A stretch of 64,000 nucleotides of DNA from contig NIVC01002554.1 in assembly GCA_002269645.1 (NCBI GenBank), positions 1 to 64,000 on the forward strand, in the 5' to 3' direction. How positions within the stretch are numbered: the stretch's first letter is position 1; the number at the start of each line of letters is the position of its first letter. The notes below the pieces were generated by a model that was given only the letters and a program-made list of their open reading frames with translations, had not been told where the DNA came from and made no database searches. The stretch is from Macrostomum lignano (Eukaryota). This document shows, piece after piece, positions 13,541 through 25,006 of this stretch. The position numbers were made by a program, and so were the translations under genes.

Positions 13541-13959
13541 GAATGATCTCTGCCTCAAAAACAGCACTACTGAACAAAAAGAGCAAAAGTGTGCGCCTAA
13601 TTCAACTACTGAAACAGGGGACAGATAAGGGATCACCCAATCAAGCAAGTCCAGGTAGCCTCTCACCCAACCAATCAGAAACTCAAAAGCCGGAGACCAG
13701 GAAATCCACAGTGACCGAATCGGCTTGATGTTTCGCAGCTGTAGACTCGGGATGATGCTGACACAATCTTCGCTGATAGCTAGCTTTGATAGCTATCTTA
13801 ACTTTGATGTTCGCTGCAGATGACCAGGGGACTCGTCCTTGATGATGAGGGGGGAAGTCGCAATCCGGGGATCAAGAAACGACGGTCGGGCTCCGGGAAC
13901 CAGAAATGTCGGGAAGGTTCCTCCGCGGGAGAGCCGGTTGAGGTTCAAGCGGGCCAAAA

Positions 13960-14100
13960 ACACCGGTTTAAATAGCCGCCAACTGGACCATAGTTTGTTA
14001 TAATGGAACACGTCGATTCTGATTGGCTGAGCCGTTTTGTTAAAATGAGCGCCAAATTTTCTGATTGGCTAAGCTTGTTGCTACCCAGAATCACGTGACC
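13960..14100 (-). promoter_or_regulatory. Pol II promoter-like module (E-box, two CCAAT boxes, TATA-like)
   Basis: On the minus strand, in order: CACGTG (~14093-14098), AGCCAATCAG twice (~14061-14070 and ~14018-14027), then TATTTAAA (~13966-13973). Confidence 0.35.
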
Positions 14101-15295
14101 AGGAGAGCCTATCAGTTCCCACAGGGTCGTAAAAAGATGACAGGTGCGGTCATAAATCAATCAAAATCGCAACAAAATGATTTATGACTTTTTGCGTAGG
14201 ATTGACAGAAATTAATGAAAAAATATACATTAGAAAGCTCTTATTAAATAGAAAGTGAAGATAATGAAGAGAAATCACTAATCGCTAATCCCAAGGCACT
14301 TTTAGGGGTAAAACGCATAGCTGTCAAAGCTGTCACACGCTTGAGTGAACACGAACAATAGGCTCTGACCTCATAAATCTTGATGGCCTGTCAAAATGAT
14401 GAGAAAAAAGCTCTCTCCTTCGCATCCTCTCAGACCATCTGGCGCCCGCCTCAACACTGTGTGAGGCGCAGGTGGCTGTCAGACCAGCTTCGAAAGCGAT
14501 GATTTATGACCCAAAAAGCTGCGCCTATGTTATTATGACTACTAGTATGACCAGACATTATAGATTCTATGAAAATTCGCAGAAAAAGAATAAAAATGCC
14601 CTTAGCCTGCTGTCAGTAGGCTAGTAAGTTTAGAGCTCATGTGCTAGCGCGGGATTTGGAAAAAAGTGCGTCCTCATCAACAGCAAAAAATTGTCCAGCA
14701 CTTTTACTGCATGCATACACTCATACATCTAAGGTACATCCTTGTTAATTACTTTAATACTGTTGCATGTCCAGGCAGTATGTTCATGCTTTTTCATGTT
14801 ATTACACGTACATGTGATTAAAAAGTTGTATACAATTGACCAAGCAATTCGCCAATTATTATTGTTTTACAGTTTACCTTTTGGTTAGCAAAAATTTCTT
14901 TAATGGACATGGAATAATAAGTTAATTACAGTGTGGAGAGAGGTAGTTTAGTTTTCCTTTATAAATGCACCTTGTCTATATTTAATATGAGTTACTTCAT
15001 TTGAAACTGTAATACATGTCTTGTCAAATTAATGTCAAACATTGTGAAGACATGTCAAACATGTCTTCACATGTAGATGAAGCTTTTTAGGCACGCATCC
15101 TGGCCCTTAGACCGATATATGTTAAGGGAAACAACAGAAAATTATCATTGCGTCTTCATCGAATTTATTAGAATGAATAGATAAGCGTATATGTACATTG
15201 TGCATGCCGTTTTGCAAAACAAATTATTGCATTTTACTAATGCGTGAAATCTAACATTAACCCGTCGACCCGCATGCACTAGCAGCTATCTTATA

Positions 15296-15623
15296 CCAAA
15301 CAACAGGTACGCGCGTATTACGCACATAAAACGCGCGTTTTCGTTCGCGTTTTACGCGCATTTTTTATTAATTCTGTACGCGCGTAAGCGAACGCACGAA
15401 ATACGTGCCTTTGGTAACACAGAAAATACGCAGTAATAACGCAATGCTGCAGACGGGTACAGGAACAGGACTAACACATGTATCTATAGGTTTCACGGAT
15501 TCGTTTATGCTTTGAGCAAAGTATCGCGTCTAAAACGCACTAAATATGCTCGTATAATAACGCGATATGTGTGTGACATTACGCTCTAAATATGCGCGTT
15601 TTACGCGCGTACCTGTTGCTTGG
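15296..15623. mobile_element. MITE-like element with ~32-bp terminal inverted repeats
   Basis: Left end ccaaacaacaggtacgcgcgtattacgcacata matches the reverse complement of the right end (ccaagcaacaggtacgcgcgtaaaacgcgcata) with 4 mismatches. The interior is non-coding and rich in ACGCG subrepeats. Confidence 0.65.
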
Positions 15624-16837
15624 GGAGGCTCAAGACCCATTGTGCTCTGTAGAAATGCTGCTGATAACTAACTGTGCATACGTGCGAGCTGCTGTAGAGG
15701 CCCCCCACCCGAACCTCACAATTAAATAGCTAGTAGATATCATAGTGCGAGGACAGCAGAGCTTTCTCTGCCTCTATATTTATACATACCTTCGAATTGT
15801 TCTTGTAAGACTTGTGCCAATCTATTTTGACTGGCTACGGGACAGCAATTAGCATTCACAATGTAACTGCTTAGTCTCTTTTGCATCACAGATAGATAGA
15901 GTTTATATAGCTAAGAAACTGTTTATTCCGCCCATCTTGCCCTAAAAACCAAGGCATACCCACAATAACGACCAAAAAAAGCTTGCACTGTAGCAGGTAA
16001 GTTTCGTTTTTGAGGCACACGTAATAATCGATAGAATGTATTGCGGCGACTTAATCTATCTACGCTCGCATTGTTGCTTTTTCTCTAATTTGAGTATTGT
16101 CTGCGATTTGCACTTTTATAGTACATAGTTTTGCGGTAGATTTGGAAATTAAGATGGATTATTATCTCCATTTCCCTTATTATCACACTGGTCGTTTGAG
16201 TAGAGAGAAAGAGGTTTTCGATGGCACCACAAGGGTTACCTGAAAAGTTTTTGGACTCCACCATTTTAAGTTTAATAAATCAAATATACTTTCATTCAAG
16301 AAAGTACATTCTTTCCTTTGTCATTTCGTAAGTTTTTAGCTTTTCGACTCAAATTTTATTGACTCTGAGAGCACCCTAAGTGCAGCATTACGTTCAGAGA
16401 TGGGAGTACTTTGAGAAGATGTGAAGTTTTGGTGCGCTGCTGCCTGTCCTACAGTGGGTTCCTACCCAGAAGCCGTCGCGCTATGGTTAGCTGCTTGTAC
16501 TTTTGGGATAAGTTTGCGACACCCTTTCTGGTTCCAAGGTCGATTAGCTATCATCCCCAGCTCCTCAGTTCGATGCAAGATCAGATTCTTCACATTTTCA
16601 CTCTAGAATCTTTACTGAGACTTTTTCGGGAATTTAAATGCCAAACACGGTCGAGTCCGCATTGAATCTGATGTTGGGTTTCCTGTTCATAGTCAGCCAG
16701 GGGATTTCCCCATGGGTGGCTCTGCCGTTGAATGAATCCTCCGCAATTACACTATAGCAACAGTATTACTCTCCCCAAACCTTGATTGAGCAGAAAAGCA
16801 GGTCTATCAAGTATCCAAGCCCATCAGGAGAGCACAG

Positions 16838-19800
16838 ATGACTGAGAAAGTGCGTATTCGTCAGGCAGTTAACAGAGGCGATATCGAGGCCGTTAGGGAT
16901 CACCTGCAGACGCTTCCGTCGTACCGCCACAAAGACGAATTTTGTCATGACAGCGCGCGAACAGCAGCGCATAGTCGGCAGTGGGAAATGGTGCAGTTTC
17001 TTGCGCAGAGCATTAATGACGGGAGAAAGAGAGATACGTGCTGCTTTGAGACAGCTCAAACTGCTACAATGTGCAAGCAGTGGCCTTGGCTGAATGTTTT
17101 CGTGCAGGCAATTTCTAACCGAGAGACAAGAGATCTCTGCTGCCAGAAGATCGCACCGGATGCCGCACGCAATGAGCAGTGGGATTTAGTGAGATTTCTA
17201 GTCCAGGAAGCTGCCAATCCAACTGTGAAGGATCAGCTAAGAGCTGCTGGATCGGAATCGGCTTCGAAATTCGCCCAGTGGGATGTAAGACGAGAAATCG
17301 CCAACCAGGATATTCGAGACGAATGTTGCAGCAAGGTGTTGAGAACCGCTGCAGCCAAGCATCAGTGGGATTTTGTAAGACTTGTTGCACAGTTATTTCA
17401 ATGCGAACAGAAGCGAGACCGAAGCTGCGTGGAAACAGCAAAATCTGCTGCAAAAGACGGTCAGCAGGAACTCGTTCGATTTCTGGTGCAACAAATCAAA
17501 GACCCGAGTTTGAGGGACAGGTGCTGCATGGAGGCATCGGAAGCTGCTTCAAATGCGAGACGTTGGCTATTAGTGAGACTTCTTGTTGAACTCTTCGTTG
17601 ACAGTGGCATGAGAGATCGGATCTGTGTGCATGCCGCTAAGGCCGCTTTGAAATTTGGCCAGTTGGAGGAACTGATGTTTTTCGTTGAGACAGTTGCTGA
17701 TCAAAGTTTAAAGGATCAATTCTGCATCGAGGCGGCGAAATCTGCTGCCAAAGAGCGCCTTTGGCGAGCGGTCGAATTTTTTGGTGATGACAGTGGTCGA
17801 TCAGCGTTCAAGAGACCAGTGCTGCAAGGATGCCGTGAAATCAGCTGCGAGTGAGTGCAAATGGGAACTTGTGAGGTCGCTCGTGGGTGCTATTTCCGAT
17901 CCGAATATAAGCGATCAGTGCTGCATAGAGGCAGCCAAGTGTTCCGCAAGTGTTGGAAAACAGGAGATCGTTGAATTCCTATTTAACGCTCTAAAAAATC
18001 CCGATTCGCAAATCGCCTTCCGCCGAGAATGCGCCGTGGCGGCTTGCTGTCGTTTGCGCGAAGAATTTGTGGCTTTTCTCGGCGTTGAGCCCGACTGGCT
18101 CTTCGAATTTAGCCACGTCCTCAGCTTCACGGCTTCGATGGCCATCGAGGGCCGAAATTCCGTTCTGAAGTCGACTCTGTCGAAGATGAATCCCGATCGA
18201 ATCACCCAGCTGCTCTGTCTCTCAATCTCACACTGCCATGTCTCACTGGCTCTAACGCTTATGGACGACGAGAGATTCAGCAAAGAGCATGTTGATGTGC
18301 CCGACAGCTCAGGAGCAACTGCGCTCATGCTAGCGGCTGATTCTGGTCACCACGAGCTCATAGATAAGCTGTTGGATCTGGGAGCGTCAGTGGGAGCTCA
18401 AGATCATCAGGGTAGAACGGCATTGACGCGAGCCTGCGAGGCGGGTCACATTAGAACTGCAAAGCTTCTGAAAGACAGGGGAGCGAATGCGGACCATCGA
18501 GACGGCCAAGGCCTGACGTGTACGCAGCTGGCAGAGAGGCTTGGACACTCGCAGCTGCTGCGGCTGCTGTGTCCCAAGAAAGTAAGGTCAGCCCATGCAC
18601 AAATATTTTCTAAGTTCGTTGCGCTCAACAGAAGTTTTATCATTCAAACTTAGAATTGACAGAAAATTTGCAAACCTTTCAGCAGTCCGCCCATCAAGAA
18701 GCCGGTCGCTCTTTCCAGAAAACCTTCAAGTTCTTTGCCTACGTAAGTTTTTTCCGCAAGCAGCTTTTCCATGTCTTTTACTTGCCGTCGGCATAGATGT
18801 CTACGAGCGTAGAACTTCGATAGCCTCAATGGCTATAGGCGTATAGATTTAAATGATTGCCTAATATATAAAAAAGAACTTTTTCCCCATTCCAGATTCA
18901 AAGACGATGTTCAGCAGGACGAGCAGCTCAGCGAAGAGCTGCATCAACTGCTCAGCAAAGCTGGCTTCACATCTGAGAGAGCGGAGTGCCAGCAGAGAAT
19001 GGCCTGCCTGCTGGAAGGAGTCGCCAAAATTCTGACTGAATATTCCCGAAAGATGACTGGCAGCTACGCGGAGGGTTGGGCTAACAGTCTGATGCAAGTC
19101 AACGGCAGGACAGCGGCTGACTCGGACATTGACTGGACTGTGCTTGTTCGCGGACAAACGTTTCATCTTGAAGGCGGATGCGGAAAATTTCGCGAATGCA
19201 ATAATGTCGAAAAACTGAAGGTTGCAGAGGGTCACGCACAGGTGACAGTAGGATCTGGTAAGAGGAACAGGGTAATGTGTAACTTTTTAGTTTTCGTGTC
19301 AAAAAGTATTGCTCCGGCCCACTTGATTCGCAGTTGAACTTTCGCATTAGTCGCAAGTTTACCCTATCTTATTCAATCCATAGGCAGCCAGCCTGCTGTG
19401 ACAGTTGGTGCATTCGGGGTGCGGCCTGCACTGGACACGTGCCACGCCATTGAGTGCTGCAGCTCGTTCTGCGAGGACAGAATTGAAAAATTAATTAAAA
19501 ACTACGGCTGGGTTCACCTCGTCAGGGCTACTCGACCGAGCTCAACCAACGAGCTCAGGGTAAGTTTCAGCTTCCAAGAGAGGGAGATCATGCGACAACT
19601 GAACACAATTCAGGGACAGCTGTTCACAATTATCAAGTTCATCTTCAAAAGGCACCTGCCGCTTAATCTCAGCACGCCCGGGCTCAAGAGCTATCACGCG
19701 AAAACCCTGCTATTTTTCATGCTGGAAAAGCACGGCATGGAGAATGAAGAAGCTTGGAAACCTCAGAAACTAATCTCGCTGATCAAGGAGTCACTCAGCA

Positions 19801-20783
19801 TGCTGCTGAGCTTCATCGATAAGAGCAATTCAGCCGATGTGTGCATGCCGCATTTCTTCATGCCCGGCGCTCCGCTCTACTTCAAAAATGCTGGAATCGG
19901 TGGCGACTTTGACAACACGAAGGCGAGAATTCGAAGCCGACTCAGCGAACTTAGGGGCGACATTAGCGGAGTGCTTAAGCAGCTTAAGGTGCTAGTGAGA
20001 CCTCTGGAATCGGAGAATTTCTACTTTCACCCCTTCACGCTGTTGCCTCTGACGGCTTCGCCGGCCGAAATCGAGATAAGAAGCGGAATGGCCTTGCAGG
20101 AGCAGCATTCAAGGCTTGCGCGAGTGTACCAGGTGCTTCACCAGTGCTTGGACGAGCTGCAGTCGGAATCGAGCGACAGGGACACTCTGACTGGGCAGCT
20201 CGGTCAGCTGGACCAGCTTCCGTCTTGCAAATACGCCGCCTTGTGCCTGGCCGCCATTGTCAGCTTGCGGTTTGGAGAGACAGCCGAGTCGGAGAGAATC
20301 TTGATGGAGCTTCAAAAGCGAAGAGTCAAAAGCGGACTTAGCCCGAGAGAGGTTCAGACGTTGGACACAGACTGGGCTTGGCGGTTCTGCCTCCCGTGTC
20401 ACAATCCGCCCCATTTCTCGTTCCTGCCCGGCTTCACGCAGTCTCTGTTCACAGCCAGACTGTCGCAGCCGAGCTCCTCTCACCTGTACGTGAACTTCCG
20501 CTGCCTGAGCTGGAGCCTCCAAGCCGAGCTGCTCCATGATCGCAGCCCAATAGTGTTCGGTGAGTGGCTGGAAGATCTGCAAGAAGACCCGGACTTGGAG
20601 GAGCTGCTCACCCTAGCCCACTACAGCGACTGCCGTGAGCATGCGACGTTCTGCCTAGAGCAAATGGAGATTATCAGAGACGAGAGACGCGTCGCCATGG
20701 ATAACCAGGACCACGAGAAGATTCGCTGCGTGACTGAGAAGCTTCAGCGGCTAAGCAAGTCTCCGCAGGCACGACGCTCTTAA
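16838..20783 (+). CDS. Ankyrin/helical-repeat - Mab-21 (cGAS-like receptor, cGLR) fusion protein, ~1160 aa, 3 exons, one +1 frameshift
   Basis: Exon 1 (16838-18581) has an extra T in the T6 run at 17777-17782; removing it gives EFLVMTVVDQ. It encodes eleven 33-aa repeats and 3 canonical ankyrins (GATALMLAADSGH, GRTALTRACEAGH, GLTCTQLAERLGH). Exon 2 (~18915-19257) has TGSYAEG...DSDIDW, the nucleotidyltransferase GS and DxD motifs. Intron 19258-19383 is GT-AG and phase 1. Exon 3 (19384-20783) has the Mab-21 motifs GWVHLV, ELRVSFSFQEREIM, LKSYHAKTLLFFMLEK and MPHFFMPG. The exon 1-2 junction is inferred (donor AAA|GTAAGG at 18582; phase-0 acceptors at 18914 or 18917). Confidence 0.8.
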
Positions 20784-21012
20784 ACATGGAATTGACCTCT
20801 CATAATTCTATGCTTCGGATAGACGGACCAGTGAGCATACATTTTTCTCTAAGCATAGTAGGCATATATTTTGTAGTGTAATGTAAATGCAGATGATAAT
20901 ACTTTGCTTGCAACTTTCTCACACAGTAGAGTAGCGTATTCTGTTTGTCCTGTTCTTGTGTAAGTTGCTTTTTTGTTTTAATGTCATTGACTTGAGTAAT
21001 ATCTACACCGCA

Positions 21013-21163
21013 CGAGGGTCACTCCAAAAGTTTTTATAATGTAACGGTTATAATTCTAATAACAAAACAAGACTCTAAACTTTTTTAAGTAACTCCTTCT
21101 AGCAGCAAAACAAAAAGTTCTATTCCTTCCCTTCCATTCTAAAGACTTTCGAGGTGACCCTCG
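21013..21163. mobile_element. Mariner-derived MITE (~150 bp)
   Basis: Left TIR cgagggtcactccaaaagt versus right TIR reverse complement cgagggtcacctcgaaagt. The right end is followed by TA and the left is preceded by CA. CGAGGG-starting TIRs with a TA target are typical of mariner elements. Confidence 0.55.
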
Positions 21164-21329
21164 TAAAGCCATTTTCCCTACAGAGCGAGGTAAAGCTTAC
21201 TTTTGGATTAGATACTTCTATTTGCTTTTCTGTTTAATCCTCTATATGTTCTGACAATTCCAAAGCTTTTTTTAATTTTGAACAAATGTACTTGCGTTCA
21301 CTTAAGAAAATGCTATACTAACAACTTTG

Positions 21330-21748
21330 CCACGGGCTTCTTTTAGCTAGAAGCAGAAAACTTGATAGAGAACCAGATGCGAACTTTAGAAGCAGCTCAT
21401 CAGCAGGCCACCCATCGAGGACACCCAACCACAGCGGTACGAAAAGTGCTTGCCGTTGCCTGGTGATCAAAGAAACGAAAGAAGACCGTCGAGATCTGCG
21501 CGCTGACGACATCGAAGCTTCGAGACGCTGACGGACGTGCAGACGGAGCTTCCTCGATTTCGGCAATCTGGTTTCCAAAGTTTGAGAGGATCTGCGACGT
21601 TCGTTCGTCCTGCCGCCAGAGGTCAAAACCTGCTTTCCCTAGATGCTGACCGACTCGCTTGAGCAGCAAGTTGACGAAGCGCACGCTAGCCAGCTGCGCG
21701 CCGCCTTTAAGGTCAGCAACGAGCGTCGAGTCACCGACGCCAGCTGAG
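21330..21748 (+). pseudogene. Coding-like fragment with three in-frame stops, unknown origin
   Basis: One frame reads ..KSACRCLVIKETKEDRRDLRADDIEASRR*RTCRRSFLDFGNLVSKV*EDLRRSFVLPPEVKTCFP*MLTDSLEQQVDEAHASQLRAAFKVSNERR... It is a GC-rich island in AT-rich DNA. Confidence 0.25.
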
Positions 21749-24700
21749 CAAAATTTCTTCCATATAATTTTTTACGATCCAGGAGTCCGTATGAACTACT
21801 CTAGCTAATAGAAGTTTTCTTAATTGAATTTGTTCTGTTCTGATCATGTAAACTTTTACTATAGATTACTTTTTCTCTGAGTTTGACATTATTTTTGCTA
21901 ATAAATTATCCAATTTCATGCTTTGTGTGTGCGTAGATTTGAAATAATCTAAGCAACTTTGTGTGCAAAAATTTGAATATTTTGTGGGATTAAACATACA
22001 AGTATACCTTTTACTCATTAGCTTTTGCTGAGAAACGACAGCTCTGCGAGGGATTAAAGATTATAGTTTAAGTAGCTTTGATTCTTCTATAGATTTACAT
22101 GTATAAGTCAGCTTGTTGAGCAAGAACGTCAAGAGTTGCTTTTATATATTTGTGCTCCAATTGCTGGGACACACATGCCCTGCCTCTGGTCGCCTACGCG
22201 TACGCTGGAACCCGCTGGACAAAATTCTAACATCCAACTGACCGAATTAGCCATGTAAGTTTAAGCCATTGAAAATAGCTATCAGTTTTTATATGGATTC
22301 TGCAGTTGGCTCATCTGGTCCCAGAATCGCGAGAACAGACAAAACTGCCCCCCCCTTTCCCGAATTGTGCGTACAACCATGCAGGATCCGGGAAAGGGAA
22401 AGGGGGGACAATTTTTTTTATCTCATCGAATCGATCGATCGCTTGGCAATTTAATTGCGATCGTCAGTTCCCTCTGTCCAGCCTCGTGAACAACAAGCCT
22501 ACAGCGGAGAGCGTACAGTAAATGTACATGTAAATCGGGGTTTTCAGGATGTTATAAAACAAGGAATCAACTCATAGATTTGAGCGATACTTCAAATAGG
22601 GAAGTTGCCAACTGCCCTAGCTCTGTAGTATATTTTTCTATCTATCAATTTCGCTACTGGATACTTTCGTATAAGCAATGAGCCTAAAAGTTTACTAAAT
22701 ACGCCAGTGTAACGTCTAATATCAATAATTATGGATGTCGAAATTCTAAGCGGCGAGTCTCGAAGATGGCGACTGTTTGTGGCAAAGAAACGGCACAACT
22801 TTCCCGAGGGGTGAGTTTTAAGTGCATGTACCAGCATTAGGATCATAATTGGTGAAAATTTTAAGCTTCAGCTTCTGCGCTAGCGGTTCTTGAAATAGCT
22901 GTCGATGCATGTATATAGAAAAACGATGTTAATTCTGTGATTTTACGAGTAATTAATGTAATGTCATATGGTAGTACCGTAATTTCACAACGTCCAATAC
23001 AACAACTGCCGATGATTTTAATAAAGCAACCTTACGCATGTTGCATCGTAAATGTACAATTGTTGTCCTGGATATGCTTTAAGCCCTACATTATTGTCAG
23101 GTTCCCCTGTCGAAATCTAAACACTGCAATGGACTCCCTTTGTGCATGAAAATAATTCGTTCTCAAATTTTAACAAATTATTGGTGTAGTGTCAATATTA
23201 ATGTATCAATGACAAATTTTAACAGTGAACTAACATTTTATACTGATCAACAAGCTATACATGTACATTTCCAGTAGAGCTAGTGTTATCGTTAACAAAT
23301 TTAGCTGTGCACCATTCCGACGATGCACCGTATACACGTATACACGTTCGTATACGTAAATATACTCTTCATTTCCGGCGTACAAACGCTAGCTTGAAGG
23401 ACGACTAGTGTACTACATAAAAGTACTTTAACATGTACCTTTAAATAAAAGTTTAAATAAAATTACATATTTCATTTGGGTAACAGTAATTAGCTTTTTA
23501 TATTTGGCCAGCTCACGTAGCTTAATGGAAAAAAGAGATAGTGACTTTTTTATGCGATGGCTTGCAGAAAATTTACAGTTTTTGGCTACACGAGGCTTAA
23601 AGACTTCAGGTTAAGTTATCACGAATAAAATTGACAATATCGCTACGTTTAAACAAAGATATATACCATTTATTAGTCCTGGCAAAATATTGCTTTGATA
23701 AAGTTGGTCTAAATTATAAAATGTTGTTAAACTCGAATATTAGCAACAGGGCCCATATTACGAATGCTGTGTTAGAAAGTGATAGAGTTTAAATGTAAAA
23801 TTTTCCTGGAAGTACTGTCGTTTGCCCACGTAAACAGTTTCGAACTGGTGGCACTGGTACTGGTAGCAGACTGCAGAGGCATATGTCTTAATCAACAACT
23901 ATTTAAGCGGGTTAAGTGTTACTTTAGAGCCCGAAAACTTATATACATTAAAATTTCTCGGCAGTACGCAAAGTTTTTAAAATTGAAACACTGGTAGAAA
24001 AATATCCGCGTTAGACACTTAACAATGTTTGCAAGGGAGATTGAGTCGTAAGTTTCTTTTTGAATTTAATGCTGGTTGTACATTATCTCTTTTATTTCAC
24101 ATGAATCTAAAACTTTCAGGTCTATTGGCGGGTCAAATTTCAGGTCAAATGGCAATTGTTTCTTAGATGTTGAACTTTTTGTGCAATCATTGTACAGTTT
24201 GAACTTCTGGTTGATCTTTGTCCTAAGACATGATTTACTTCTTACATATAACCAGCCTACCAGTATTAGTTTAACAGTTTGCTCAAGCACCTCATCCAAT
24301 AAAAAAATTATACTATATTTTTTAGGTTTTTTATGTGCCTGAATTCCTAATGCTTAAAAACCTTCAAATTTAATATCACATATATCTTCTTTTGAAAATT
24401 GATAATTCAAAAAATGTTTTATAGTATATAGTAACACTAGTATTAAATATAAATATAACAGATGCAGTTTAATTATTGTAAATCTTATTATTATGGAATA
24501 GCTGTTTAATTCTTTGGACTACTCTTGTTTTTAAATTAAATACCTTTATTATAATATATAATGTTAAGCTAATAATTCATATTTATTAGCATTTGATTTT
24601 AGTTTATTGCTTTTATTAAGAAATATTTATTTACCATTTATATTTCATAGCTATAAACCCAAAATCATATTGCTAAAATGAATGCTTAATTATTACTAGT

Positions 24701-25006
24701 TTACTTTTATCTGTTTTTATTTTATTTAAACAACTAGACTTATTTTTATTTAACTCTTTCTTTTATATCCATAAAAGCAGACTTCAGCTTTTATCATATC
24801 TATTTGAAGCATTTACAATATTTACAAGTTTATTTAAATTTCTCAGCAATTTTTTTATAAATAACATTGAAACAAATATTATATTAAAATAATTATACCA
24901 TAAAATACCAATGAAATGCAACCTGTTCATAAATAAACTGTAAATATTGTGTCTAGTCCAATAACCAGGCTCATTTCTACACTGTCTACCAACCAGGTCA
25001 GTGCAG

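Noticed and set aside
14147-14510. DNA-transposon ends (GGTCATAAATCA / TGATTTATGACC inverted 12-mers)
   Set aside because: The match is short, the motif also recurs internally, and no clear target-site duplication is present; insufficient to call boundaries.
16411-16665. Small ORFs upstream of the cGLR as possible 5' coding exons or secreted peptides
   Set aside because: No ATG-initiated frame with recognisable motifs and no convincing phase-compatible donor joining to 16838.
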